Both the position numbers and the translations under genes were made by a program. Shown here piece by piece: positions 12,721 through 26,508 of a stretch of 64,000 nt of DNA. The DNA is from Tubulanus polymorphus (Eukaryota > Animalia > Nemertea): positions 6,138,001-6,202,000 of the forward strand of contig NC_134025.1 in assembly GCF_964204645.1 (NCBI RefSeq), written 5' to 3'. Within the stretch, counting starts at the first letter, position 1, and each line of letters begins with the position of its first letter. A model generated the notes under the pieces. The model saw only the letters and a list, made by a program, of their open reading frames with translations, had not been told where the DNA came from and ran no database searches.

Positions 12721-15700
12721 CTATGTCACGGTATCCATTCCTACACGACTGAATTTCGGTTTTTTCGGTGGATACATCGGTTTTATGCAGAAAACCTACA
12801 AAATCAAGAACAATCCAAACAATGATTTGAGTTCGACTCAAGTTCATGGGCAAATTCGTATCGAATGAGAATCATTAGTTTCTGCTCTTTACTATACCTT
12901 ATCGGTAGGTAGCACTTTGAACAGTTTCTCAGGATTAGTGATAACGTAGCGTCTGTTATTTGTTGAATTTGGATCCAACAGTCGGAAAAGGCCCATCGTT
13001 ATCACGCCTTTTCGATTCAGAGCGTAGTTGAACAAATCGCCAAATGTAGCTCCTTGCTGAAAAAGCGTTGAATGGATCAGGCACGATATAATAGAAAGGT
13101 TACCATTTAGAAGCGTCAGCTTATATGAGTGATAGCTTCATTCGAATAGACATAAATCTGTCTTTTTTCATATGGGTAACCTTACATTGAAGTCAGAAAA
13201 TATGGAATCTTTCAGATCTAAAAGGACGTTTCTGCAGCCGGTGGTTTTTGGCTTGGCGCCCTTTTCTCCACCGTACAGACCACATCCTTCCGCGAATATC
13301 TGCTCGATCTGAGTGGTAACACCTCCCGTTATGAAGGCACGGATGAACGCCAAAGCGCCGTCGCTGTGGTATGACTACAAAACATCGACAAACCCATTAG
13401 AATACAGACAAGACCTCTCGGTATATTTTCAACCTCTTACGATACACGAAGTGATACAGAATATTCCGTTCTATAGTGTATATAATAACGCAATCTAAGC
13501 AATTCGTAGCACTTCTTCTGATAAGAATCCTCACGCTTGCCTTTTTACACGTACCGTGCTCATGAGCGAATCAAGAAGGGATAGCGTGAATACACGACCA
13601 CATGCGTACGGTTGAGACATGAATATCTCGACATTCTCGGTATCATCATCCTGATCCAGGTACTGGACGTTACTATCTACATCTAAAATAGAAAAATACG
13701 TATGCTATCTAAATCATTTGAAATGCTCAGGACCTCAAAGTACGATCTAAATACGCTGCGCAATCACTGAGACCATTTCCACATTGATTGCACAGATAAC
13801 GTCGGATTAGCTCTAACATTATTTGAGGAAATAACATCGATCTTGGACTTACTTAATTCCGTAATCGTTGGTACAAGTTCGCCAGGCCTTTCGCTGTTGT
13901 CATCTTCGTGAATCGCTATAGAATAGAAATGAAAAATACTATATTCTATCTTTTCTAAAACGGTGTATAGAGGTAACCAAATAATCAAAGTATTTTCTTA
14001 CTTTGGACATCCTTCGGAGTAGTTTTAATGTTCAGCGTACATAGAATCGCTTCCTTGTCGGAAAGGTGTTGATCTTCACCTTGTTTCTGATTACTTCCCG
14101 CTAATATCACACACATACCACATTGGAAAATATTAGCTGCTCTTAAATACGCCCTACTCAAAGGACTTCCCTGTAAGAAAACCAAGCCCGAACCGTCCGT
14201 AAAATAGTCAATGATAAACCTTTCATTATTCCAAAATCAAATGTTTATTTAATGGAGAAAACGTATAGTTTCAGTTTAGAACATATTCGAGAAAAAAGAC
14301 TACTTTAGGAAATAAAAACTCAACAAGGGCATGCTTCACCGGATCAAAAGTTTGTGTACAAAATTGACTGACGTTAAGAACGGATATTCCTGATATGTTC
14401 AGGAATGCTCATGAAATATTCAAAATACGAATAATGCACACTGTGTGATAAGGTGCGGTTATTGGCATTTAAAGTCAGGGTAATGTCAGAAATGTCGAAA
14501 CCGATATAACCGGGAAACGAATCTGACAAAGATGAAAGTAATTCGGCTAAAACGATCTTCGTTTCAATTGTCACAATTAATTCAAATATCTCAAATCTCA
14601 ATTCAAATATTCATTAAGAATGGTCGCATTTTGAAATGCATTGTACACAGGGAGTAAAGAAGAAAAAATGGGAAATCTTTGTATCTTGAAATATATAGGG
14701 ATGGAGTGCTTACTTACATAAGTGGGTACTGTGAGGGTAGAGTTGGCGTGCATATTCTAATTACTGATTTGGTGCATTATATACAAATCATATGTAGGTA
14801 TATATACATCATAATGATTTTTTGAGTCACACGTGCATGTTCAATTCAATTATATATTTATATATCGAGGATGTGTGTGATGGGAGGAAGTGGTTCTCAA
14901 TGCGATGTGATGCTCAGCCCGAGGTTCATCGATGGTTTTTTCAATTCACCGTTTCAATTTTTTTCAAGTACTAGTACTTACTGAGAGGGTGATAAATTAG
15001 TATTTTACAAATAGGTCGAAATCAGTGTTTTAAATGAGATGACCAAATCGAATTGATGAAGATTTGCCGAGAATGTGGGTTCACTATCTCATTTGAAAGA
15101 ATTTGATGGAGCACTGATGGGTCAGAGGCTTATTTCTACATCTCAGATGAACCAATCGCATGTTTGAAATGTGTCACCGCGTGTCGGGGTAACATCGCAC
15201 CGATTGCAGGCTCTGGCACGTGAGAGTACGATTTAACATCGAAGGGATTGATTACCTTAAATCCACCGTGTGTGTTTAATTGATGATTAGCGACACCTAT
15301 TGTCTCCTGTTAGAACGACATATAACAAAAATACGACGTTAAGCTAATCATGCATAGAATATCCACCACCTTTTTTCTGGGTAATTTGGTTAGAAGAAAA
15401 CATTCAGCCTATGCGAAACAAACAAGGGTCCAGCTTTGTAGACAGGGGTATTCTAAAACCTGTCTACGAAACCACCCTGTCAAAATATCGAATGGGTTGA
15501 ATTATTTTCAGGTTACCGTGTTGCCAAAATAGCAAATCATTTGTTAGAAATTCTTAAGATTAACAGCTAATAAAAAGTTATGGTAACTTCCTGTTTTTTA
15601 AGTTGTTAACGACGTAAGACTTGAATGAATTTCAGTATATATTGTGCACATTATCATTAATCTGGTATTTACATTTTTTCAAGCAGTGAATATATATTCG

Positions 15701-18700
15701 ATCTAATAGTGACAATTTCGCATGATAAATAAGATTTATTGAGGTGGTTATCTGTCACAGGAAAAGCTCGATTACCAGGGCCCCAGCGCGGCGAGGTAGC
15801 GGAAAGCGATATGATATCTACTATACCAGCACAAGCGAAGCGGAGATGTCTTATCAGTAATTTAGGGCGTAGCCAGCATCTAGAAATGCGTAATCATTAG
15901 GTCCAGCAAAACGAAGCAGTCAAACAAAGACATTTCGTAAGCACAGTACAATTAGGTGGTACATGTATAAACACGTAGATAAAGAAGTTTATTCTTTAAT
16001 ATTTTTTTAAGAAAACTCGTAGTAAGGTTAAAACATCAAGTCAAGTTGTACCCGAGAGAGATTTCGCAAAATCTTAGACAATTTTGATATATCGTTAAGC
16101 AGGGACACGTGTAGAATGATTCCAAGAATATTACAAAGGCTGTTGTATATGTTACCTGATTATTTGGATAAACAGCACAAATGACTGTGCTAGATTTTGC
16201 ATCCAACGGCGCTGTCGTCTGTAATGCATCGTTTTGTTATCGGATTATATATCAATGAATATACATATCGCACACGTTATTTCCGATATAAGATGACTGG
16301 TCTTAGATCAATACATCTTTTGTTCTGTTCAAATATTGAATTGTTTTTTAAATCTGTATCTTTCTCGGTTCAACTTAATGACGCGCCGCAATCTGTGTCA
16401 TCGTCACTGATGAATTCATTATCAAGATGTTTCCAGTAAATCTGTACCCAGAAATATGAATATGAACAGTGCAGCGGAGACTCGATAACCAAAACCTTTG
16501 ATTTTTTCCGGGGATAACAAGTGTGCAACGTGCCCGAGGCAACGGGTAAGGAGGGTAGGGTTTGGGCTGGGTATCTTCAAAGAAGGAAGAATGGAACATG
16601 CCAATGCAAGCAACAAAATGCGAATCATACTAAAATTCACGCACGAATTTCCAGCTATATACAAGCAATGTTAATTTCGTTACTTATATCGTTAGTTTGT
16701 AAATGATATTTCTTTATATGAACTATTATTCACTTGGAAAATATTAATAGTTTAGTCGGCAAATTGTGAATGAAAATAAGTTTAGTCCGTAAAAACAATT
16801 CGGTAGAATGTTACTGACTGAAAGAGCTCAACACCAAAACCCGTAAATATCAATCAACGTATTGAAAAATGAAATAGAAGAGCTGCACCGAAGCCACAAA
16901 ATCTCGATTTACAAACATAAGATTTTATCAATGAAATCAACAAATGAAGTGTTTCTTATGATTGTTGCAAATATTCTCAGAATGTGGTTCCAGGTAAACA
17001 ACCCGATTAAACGATTGATGAGGCCGCGTTTTTAAAGCTCTTCGGATTATTTAACACTATGTTGATTATGGAGGTGTTAGAAAGATATTTCTCTAACCTC
17101 CGCCGTAGTATGTAACGTAATTATTGGTAATTATAGATTATTGATCATAAAAACAAGAAACTACAAGAGGAAATACTCTGTAGTAGTAATGATACTGGTC
17201 CATGCTAAGCTTTACCTGCATGGTGGCTTTTCCTGTTCCAGTCTAACAATAACAATCAAACAAAATCCATTCACGTGTAAATTCACAAAAATGATAACAT
17301 TTGTTCATTAAAAATTGCGCAACATCAATTCATAGTTCCATGTGAGTAAGATTCGACTCAATGGTTGAATGAAAAGAATGTGAACTATCTTGACTCCCGA
17401 GTCAAATGTAACTCACAACTGTCAGACTGCGAGTTGGAGTTGACCTGTGCTGAAAAGTAATGCTATCCATTTTTTCAGTGGTAGCAGCAATTTTCAAATT
17501 ATCTAGCTTTAAATTCGAGCCACCACGATGCATCCATAAAAACACCCATTAATTCGTAATATCTTAAATGATGTATTTACAAAATATAATCGTCCAGAAA
17601 TATTCTCATAGAAAAAATACACGTACTACAGAAAGTATCTAGTAAATTTGAACTTACAGACAGAATGTAGATGTCTGGAAAATTCATTATGTTCGTCCAT
17701 TCTCTGGCCATATATTCGAGATTAGCGATGATGACCACTGGTTGTATTTCGTTTGTAGGTATTGTAGCCGATCTGAGTGGTAAAATAAAACTACACAGAC
17801 CAATTAGAGGCGACGACTCGTCCGTAAACAAGCACAACACAACGTGATTTTTGAAATTTTTCGCTTGGCTCTCGGCATAAGTCTGAAAATATATGCGTGA
17901 ATGGTGAAACACGATGAAAATATAGGGAAAATCAAAAGAACAGTTTGATTTTTTTTTGGATTTTCAATCATTCAAAAGTCTACCTTAAAACTTTTTAAAA
18001 GAACATCGAGTGAATAATGTCAATTTAGTGTTCATGCTTATATAAGGCATAAATCAATCAGTATAAGAGGAAATTAAAGCGGATACGTTGATTACACGTA
18101 CTAGAACAACGGACATCATATCTTGATCGGGACACCAATGGAAAAGTCCGGTTGAGTCGTACTGGGATAAATTCGCTGATGCTTCAGAATCAATCGTTTC
18201 AACCGGACTCGGCAGGTTACTGCAAGAGAATGGTGGTGAATATTGAAACACGTTAGAAATACTCGGGTAATACTTCTTGATCAAATTATGCAGAATAGTG
18301 TAACAACTAGGGATAGAATAAACTGAATATGAATTTTTAATCGACATATGATGAGAACTTCTATCGTTGGATGAATGTTGCAAGAAAGAGCATTTGGTAA
18401 GGGGCACTTGCGGTCTCTGATAGAGTTAGTCAACTGCTACCCTTCTGTTCATACTACAAAAATAATTCAACCAACACTATAACAAACGACGGCCGCATGA
18501 ATTAGAAATGAAGCAACTAGCTAAACATCACTCGCACAAAAAAAAATCAAAAACAATTTGAATTCTATGAAATGTGCGATATGAAGTTCCACTGTTAATG
18601 ACAAACATTTTTGAAATGCACGCATACTATTTACCTGGAGCCCAATAGCGAGACTGTAATGGTAAGTAAAAGTTTCGTTGAAGCCCGTGATATTTGGAAT

Positions 18701-21700
18701 TTTGAGGAAATCACGTAATAGAATGATAATGTTATCTGGAGACAAAGCTTTATGCCAATTTTGAAGCAATGAATCTGAAAATTTCATTTTCCTTTCTGGT
18801 TCGTAAGCATGATACTATCAATATGAAAATCAATATCTTCATCTTCAGTTTAGACACATAAAGCTAATTCTCCTCTCTTTATAATGATGAGGTGGACTTG
18901 CAAAAACTCACAATTTGACGATTTCGCAATACATACTTACTCATAATAACCACTCTCAGACGAGTTAGAATTCAGTTCATCAAGTTTGGGACGACTGAAA
19001 ATTTCATCACATCCATTTCAATGAGGTTGTAATCACAGGTTTGCGTAAAATAATATGATTAATGGCTTCAATTTGAATTTTACGATTTTGATATCATATT
19101 TGTATAGTCGAGTTTGAATCCAACACCCAGTAATCAAAAAGCAATGATTATGAATGATTATCAAAGCAGTTATAGTCGTAACATTTAAGGGATAATCAAG
19201 CAAGAAAGCTACAGCCATGCCTACAAAGGAGTTTCGTGATGTTTTTTTTTTAATTAAGGAAATAAGCGAAGGTGGTGGTATAGGAGTACTCACGAGGTGA
19301 AAAAGCGGAATTCTCCTGCCAAGGGTAACAAATTTTTTGCTCGTGCAGTAAATTTTTCTGCAGGGGTAGGGTAGATTTTCACTGGGAAGTGAGGTGATGC
19401 CGAGGCTTTCTTTTCTCCGTCGTCGCTGAAACTTGCATAGATTGCGTTATGATAAGCTGAGGTTAGAGTATAATACAATAATCGTATCAAGCAAGCTGCA
19501 GGTTGAGTTTCAATTCGAATGAATGAATCGGTTAAGATAAACTAAAGATAGATAGAGTAGTATAGAGGGGTAGACATCAAAGGAAAATGAATAGACAATT
19601 TTTAGGACTGAGCTCCAAATTGTAGAAAATCCCGAACACCGAATCGGGAATGACATAGGCCCCTTATTGATTTCAGATCGAGTTTAATATGTCACCTATA
19701 AATTTGAATCATTTTGAAGCTCTGCCACCATGCCGAGGTAAGGGTATAACGTTGATACGAGGCGACAGTTCGTCTTAGGTTTACCGACATACTGAGAGTT
19801 TGGTATTAAAGAAAAACACGTACCCTTGAATATTACGTGAATAGAGACGAGGCGGACTGAATGTGCGAATATACAAAATACATCTTTAGAAAACAACTAC
19901 AAGCTTAGCAAAATTATTTACATTATTTAGAGGCGTACGGATGTGTAAGATACGATAGTCAAGATTAAAATGGTGAATTCTGTTTAAAATGCATGCGTTC
20001 AGTTATCATCGCAAACGATTACTCTTTCGAAATGGGCGAGTTAGTTGAGCAAACGACCGACACAAATTTTCTGAAAATGGAAGGAATTGTGTAAGTTAGA
20101 ATGAAAACTTACCTCAGCTCATCGTGAACTACTATACTTTTAGTGATGACTCCAGTGTCTTCATCTCGTGCTTTATAATGCTCCTCTCCAAGGATATACA
20201 TATCGTGTTGGTGACGGTTGCCACCTTTCGAACCTTCAGATAAACGATAAACCAACGATAAATGTTAATAACATACATGATTCCCCGGAAAAAGGCTGCC
20301 TTCATAAAAGCCTCTATATGACACTATGAATCAAGGCAAGTCATTGAGGAACTTTAACAAGTAACCATAATTCCGGGAAGGGTCAATATCCAGAGTAAGA
20401 CTATTCTTTAATTGATTCGATTGTTATTAACTAAACTTTCGAAATTACCCATGTGAATTCCCTTGCATCTACATGGTCCTATATCGGTGTGATGACGTAC
20501 ATTCTTATGACAAGATGAACAGTAAAACAAAACCCTGAAAAAAAGCCCGATAGAACATCATAAAACAATGGACATTACATATAATAATGATATAAATTTG
20601 GAGTATACGTAGACTCTTAATCGAAAGTCCAAGGTTGGAGTTAGTATATTTAGTGGAATTCAACGCACACGAATTTCAGAATAGCTACGTATAAGTCAAT
20701 CTGATTATAATCATGATTTATATATTCCATACAGCCCGAATAGAATGTCTCAGACCCTGGAGGTGAAATTACTGGAATTACTAGTTCCCACGAATAAATT
20801 ATCCGTTTGATCGGAATAATGAATACCAGTCTATGTAATCATAAAAATTATACATTAAGCCAACACTTAGCTTTAGTAAAAATCGAGCAAGAAAGGGAGC
20901 TCAGTACGACCATAGGCGTAGAAACTAGTTTATGCGTTACCTGTGAACTTGAGACTCGTCTTGAGCAACGAAGTAGCCCTGTGTGGTATCTAATATTATA
21001 TTCGTCTCTTCATCTGTAGGGTTGATGAGGACAGTCTTGGATGCTCTTGATTTAGATTTACAGAGTACATCAATCGCGATTAAAATCAGATCCAACTTGT
21101 TATAACAAATCCTGTAGATGAAAGTAGTATTTTATGAGTTTGACTCATGATCATAAGCCATGATAATAGGCCATCTATCAGTTTGTGGTGACTTACTCAG
21201 CAGCTTCATGGAAAGTCATTCCTTGAAAGGACTTAGAAAAATACGACGTATATATTTCAAAAGCAGCACTACGACTGTAGTTATCTTGCCAGCGATGGTG
21301 GTGTTTATGTTTGGACCTACAGCCACTGGGGCAAAGCTGAAATTTAGAAAAAGGTGATGCCGTTTAGATTATACTCAGACAATTGTAAGATAATAAGTAA
21401 ATGGAAAAAAATTCTAAAAGTGATTTATAAATAAACGATTGCATGCCGAGTGCCAGGGTGATTCACCGGGTATCAAAACATTTTGCATGTACAATAAACG
21501 ATACACAATAATGTAAATATGATTACAAAGGTATATCGCGATAAAACCAGTTCTGATGAAAAGAAAAAAAAAATGAAATGAAGCATGATGTGTAGTGACA
21601 GGCTAGGCCTAAATTTGAAAGTCGTAAACAATATCATTCAATATCTTTCATTTAGCAAATGATTAGTTGTACTGTCTTTGTAGTGACGGGTGGTTTATAA

Positions 21701-24700
21701 ATCATTACCAATCTACTTCCGGAACTGGTGTCGGTATATGAAGTCAATGTGTATAGATTCGCCAGCAGAGTTGAGAATCCAGGAGCCAGACAGTTCTGGG
21801 CCATGAAGCCCAATTTCAGTTCAGATAAACATACGGCCATATCGCCATCCTGTGGTCGCCATCCCGGGATCGTCAGTAAATAACCCTACTCGCCAAAAAC
21901 ATTGTAAACAAAACATTTTTCTGTTAATCATATAGAATCAAAAGTATACATTTATCACAGGTACCAAAACGCTATTACATACTACTTCCTCAGTGATAAA
22001 TATTTTACTTATCTATAATGGATCTACAACTTCGATGTATGTGATTAACTTGATTCAAACTAATTGAATGTGTAACGATACTAACAATATTAGAACATGT
22101 GCAAACCTTGTTTTGATATTGAAGAATCTGGACCAGAACGCGTACATCGGACTCGAAATCTTTGATTGCGATGACTTTCATAATGGCGGACGCATCTTCG
22201 GCATCTGGGTCGTTAGTGTATTTGTCACTCATTACGATACAAGCATCGGCATCAGACATCTATATAGATAATTCATCATGTGACGTAAAACTGAATTTTG
22301 AAGGAATGTGGTTTTGTGTTTGTGGTGTTGTAATTTTGGAAAAATTAGTCTATATCATAGGCTAACGTTTTAGAAAGAAAATTGGTGAAATGAACCTTTG
22401 CGCGTTCCAAGTCATTGACATTCATGACAGTGCCTTGTAAGAACACCATATTCAATTTATATCTTTTCATCACAGCTTCCAATTCTATATGTGGCGTAAA
22501 ACTAGAAAGAAGAAAAAGAAAAGCGTCACTGTTATGAGTCCCAATGATAATACATTTTCTTCCATTCATTTACGGATCGGAAAACCATTACCCAGCGAGA
22601 ACGACAATTTTCAGATGTTTGTCGACAACTCGGTCTTGATGTAACAAATCTTTCATGAATGTTTTCAGAGTTTGCACGCTAATGTGACCGCAAACCACGA
22701 TATGCCTGGATAAAACGGTGTAGGATTTCATGAAAATAAAAACTTATCATGAAACACATAATAGAAATTGTGAATGTTTTTATTAACACTAACCTTTCGC
22801 CGAAGTTTTTGTTGAAACGAGCTCTCTTGTAGAACATTTCGGCTCCTCCGGTTATGTTGGAAGCTAATTCAGGGATAAAACTGGCAAACATACCCTAAAA
22901 ACCGATCAAACCGAACAAATGAAATGCGTATACACGAATCTATCGAACCACCAAAAATAATCTTCGACGAATTCAATGAGTTATGTGAGAAATATTCATA
23001 ATTACCAGAGCTGATATGATGAAAAGGATGCTGAATAGACGCCCTAGATAGGTATTACTGGAGTAATCACCATAACCGACCGTCGACATAGTAACCAACA
23101 GAAAGTAGACACATTCGAAAAAACTCCAGTCTTGAGAATGGGTCTCAGCCGCCCAGAAATCACCTCGATTCTCAATCTATAATATTTAGAGCAATGACAC
23201 TATAGATAATTTTCAGAAAGTATCAACGAAATAATTGATTATCTATAGATATCACGATCATGATTTGTGATGTAATGGGGGTATTTTGTAAAAGCAGCCA
23301 TCCTTATAAGCAGCCTTAAACAGCAGCAACACGTGTTCTTGGCGACAATTTACATCTCTCAATAAAGAAAATACAACTATTTCAAGTAAAACACTTACCA
23401 AGTGAATGATACCTGAACCTACTAACCAGACACTGAGGAACACGCTAAGCAGCTCAGCGATGCGGATACTCCTCTTAGTTCGGATAAGATTGATTGCTTG
23501 TAGACATTCGGCTATGTTTATCAACCCGAAAGCCCTGACAAAACGAAGCCCTATCGATAGAGATAGAATGAAAACATTTAGGCTGAGTGGCCAACTAAAG
23601 ATTTTATGAATCAAAACGATGGTCCGGTATTCGTTTAGGGTACATAATATACCTGTCCAGTCTCGACCAAGTACGAACCCCACAATCATCGGTGGGATGG
23701 TAAAATGATCCATTATGGACATCGTCGTCAGCCATGACACAGCTTTCCTGCGACTTGCAATGAACTGTGTAACATGAAATCAAATTTAGTTTATTTCTTT
23801 TCTTTTTTTTTTGTGGCATTAATTCGTATCTTCTGAGATAAGTGTCATCAACATACCCGAATTATGAAATGTACAAGGAAGTAAAGATTAAATGCGACGT
23901 CTGTACAAATCCATGGATCTTTGAACCATTTGATGCAGCGTTCTAAGTCTGCATACTCGCTAAAAGTATAACAAATACGTATCTATGATATCACATTTAT
24001 CAGAAACATCAAGAAAATGATTCACAATAAAGAAAGTGGAAATCATCAAACGGTTTTACGATTTTTATTGTTACTAATAAATAACAGTTCTTTTGTTTCG
24101 GAATTCCTTTACTTTTTCAAGTTCTCTGAATAACCAACTCGATAATTCTGAATAAATATCAGGTATGTTTAAGTTTACCTAACTCGGGAGATATATTTGA
24201 AGACACACAATGTAATTGAATAGAGAACCCCGATTTTGTACAAGCACGCTTCATTTTAATGTAATATTCAATGTCAAGTCGAAGGTATGTGATACACATT
24301 ACTTCAAACCAAATATTGACCCGGGAATTTGAGTTTCCTACGAGGATACTTAGATTTACAATAGACGTGAAGCACACGAGATTAGTGTTCAGAAAAAAAG
24401 TCAAGATTTTAGGCGAGGCAAAGTGTGGCGCGGACAAGAATTGAATATCGGGTAAACGAGATAAAATGCGCAGTATTTTATGTCTGACGAGTAAATAAAA
24501 CTTTGCACTTTCTTAATATAATAGAACAATGAAGGCATAGCATGATATTTTTCTATTATTTGTATATCTTTGTGCTGCGACAAATTGGCATATTAGATTA
24601 ATCAATGGCATAAGAATCAAGTGATTGGACGCCATTCTTTCAGATAGATGAATTTGTTGCCATCCGGAAGAGCCATTGAGCTTGAAAAGTGACTTCAATG

Positions 24701-26508
24701 GAATCCAATTAAGTTATATATTGCCATTTGGTTGTATTCCCAGGATGAATGGTGTCATAAGAGTTGATATGAAAATCATTCATTCTCTACATGAGTTTCC
24801 TCTGGTCTTAGTAAGATAAAAAAGTCTTTCTACGGAAAATTCACCAACACTATCCGATTCCCTTTCACGAATAAACTTATCCTGATATTTCATGACATTT
24901 TCTCGTTTGGATGTACAAATATTTAATATATTTATTTCTATTTACGTCATCATTCATGACGTCTGATTCGTGTAAAAGGAATGCACGAGTCAACAATGTA
25001 TTTTCACCAAGCACTTGATATCGAAACTCTTAAAAACAAACTTACCCTTCTGCTAACGTTGTCGCCCTAATATAGATTACAAATGATCCCACGCTGCTTA
25101 GGACATGGATCACGGTCTGAAATGATAGGGATAATAAATGCAATTTGCTTATAGGAACAATTCGTCACACATTTTGTTTTCTTCGCAATTATCCTTCTAT
25201 AATCATGGGATGTATGAAGATATTTTGTAAATTCAACATAATTTCTTATATCTAATGGTTGTAACGCACGACTTGGCTTTGAGTTCGATATATTGCTTGG
25301 GACGCATTATTATTATGAGAAAAGTTCTACGAATGAAAATAAAATTCCAGGGTAAGTGTCTCGGCCATTGTTTCCGTTGAACTTCTTAACTGCAATTTTG
25401 AGAACCTTGTTGACAGTTTAATGGTAATATTTCATGAAAGCCTTACACTTAACAAATATGCAAATGAATTAAGCCACACGCCTGAAAATATTTGCACGGT
25501 CATCAATCACGGGAAATCACCTCACGAAACAAAAATTTTGAAAGTAACATATAAAGTGATTTGATTACTTATCATCAATTATTGAAAGGGTATGCGAGTT
25601 CGTGTATATATTCGGCGATGTTTGACGATGATCGCTTTCGGTGTTAAATGATATGCCAAAATATGTCGGGTTCTAATCTTTAGGTCAGGTTCGCCCCTAA
25701 ATGATTGGCTTATGTTTGGTTTATATTAAGGTGTTTTTTAATCAGTCATACCTTACAGTAGGATTCCTTCCTGTCAATGATTTTTAGTAAATTGTTTTTC
25801 ATGACATAAGTAAATAGCGTTAGTCAATACTTCGGGGCAGCGAAGATTTTTTCAATCAGTGTCGTTATGTTAAAACTGTTTGAACTATATTCATGTTTAA
25901 TAGTGCGACTAAGCCAAGGGTCTCCGCAATTGTGGATACCAGATTTTTGGGGCCGGTTGCTCAAAAGTTGGTTAAAGATAACCGGCGGAAAATACCAGAA
26001 AATACAATGAACTTTTAATCGTCACTATGTCGACCCGCTGGTTAACTCTAACCAACATTTAAGCAACCGGCCCCAGAGGTGGCTAACAAACATCGATCTA
26101 GAAAATCGCATGCGTTTTCTTTTGGTATGGCATATGCAGTAAATCACTAAATAATCCGACTTTTCAAATTGCATTTAGTTTTATCAACTTCTAGTCCTTA
26201 TTTTATGGACAAACACTTACCATAGACTTTCCTAGAAAATTCTGACAGGCGACAAGTTCCTCACACACTCGTATTACTCTCAAATATCCCTTCGTACATG
26301 TATTTATGTCATCACTGTCTCCTTTCTTGCGCTGGCATGCGGATTTACGAAACAGATAGTATAGACATTCACTGAGTAACAGAACGAACAGTCCACCAAA
26401 TAGAGATATAGCAGCCGATGCAAGGAAATAGTACCATTTTTCATCTTTACATACATCTGGGTATGGATTACGAGGGGTAGTTGTCGGAGGTGACACAGAG
26501 GAGTTCAT
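12721..26508 (-). CDS. slo: Divergent Slo1/BK-like (KCNMA1-like) calcium-activated potassium channel alpha subunit, >20 exons
   Basis: S0 exon 26508-26221 ([21 protein letters not shown]). S1 ~25114-25045, S2 ~23959-23857 ([15 protein letters not shown]), S3 ~23766-23654, S4/S5 ~23550-23399 ([10 protein letters not shown]). Pore exon ~23176-23006 has [12 protein letters not shown]1 exons encode [19 protein letters not shown]...DAEDAS and [30 protein letters not shown] motif at ~20508-20525, [11 protein letters not shown] at ~18130-18170. RCK2 exons at ~17882-17659 and ~14171-14004, Ca-bowl exon ~13682-13555, RYVITNP exon ~13056-12899. Last exon ends in TAG at 12721. Linker exons between 18400 and 19000 were not fully resolved. 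Confidence 0.93.
25948..26075. mobile_element. MITE (non-autonomous DNA transposon, probably PIF/Harbinger-like) in the Slo intron after the S0 exon
   Basis: ~41-bp terminal inverted repeats: tggggccggttgctcaaaagttggttaaagataaccggcgg versus the reverse complement of ccgctggttaactctaaccaacatttaagcaaccggcccca (5 mismatches). No coding capacity. Confidence 0.8.
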
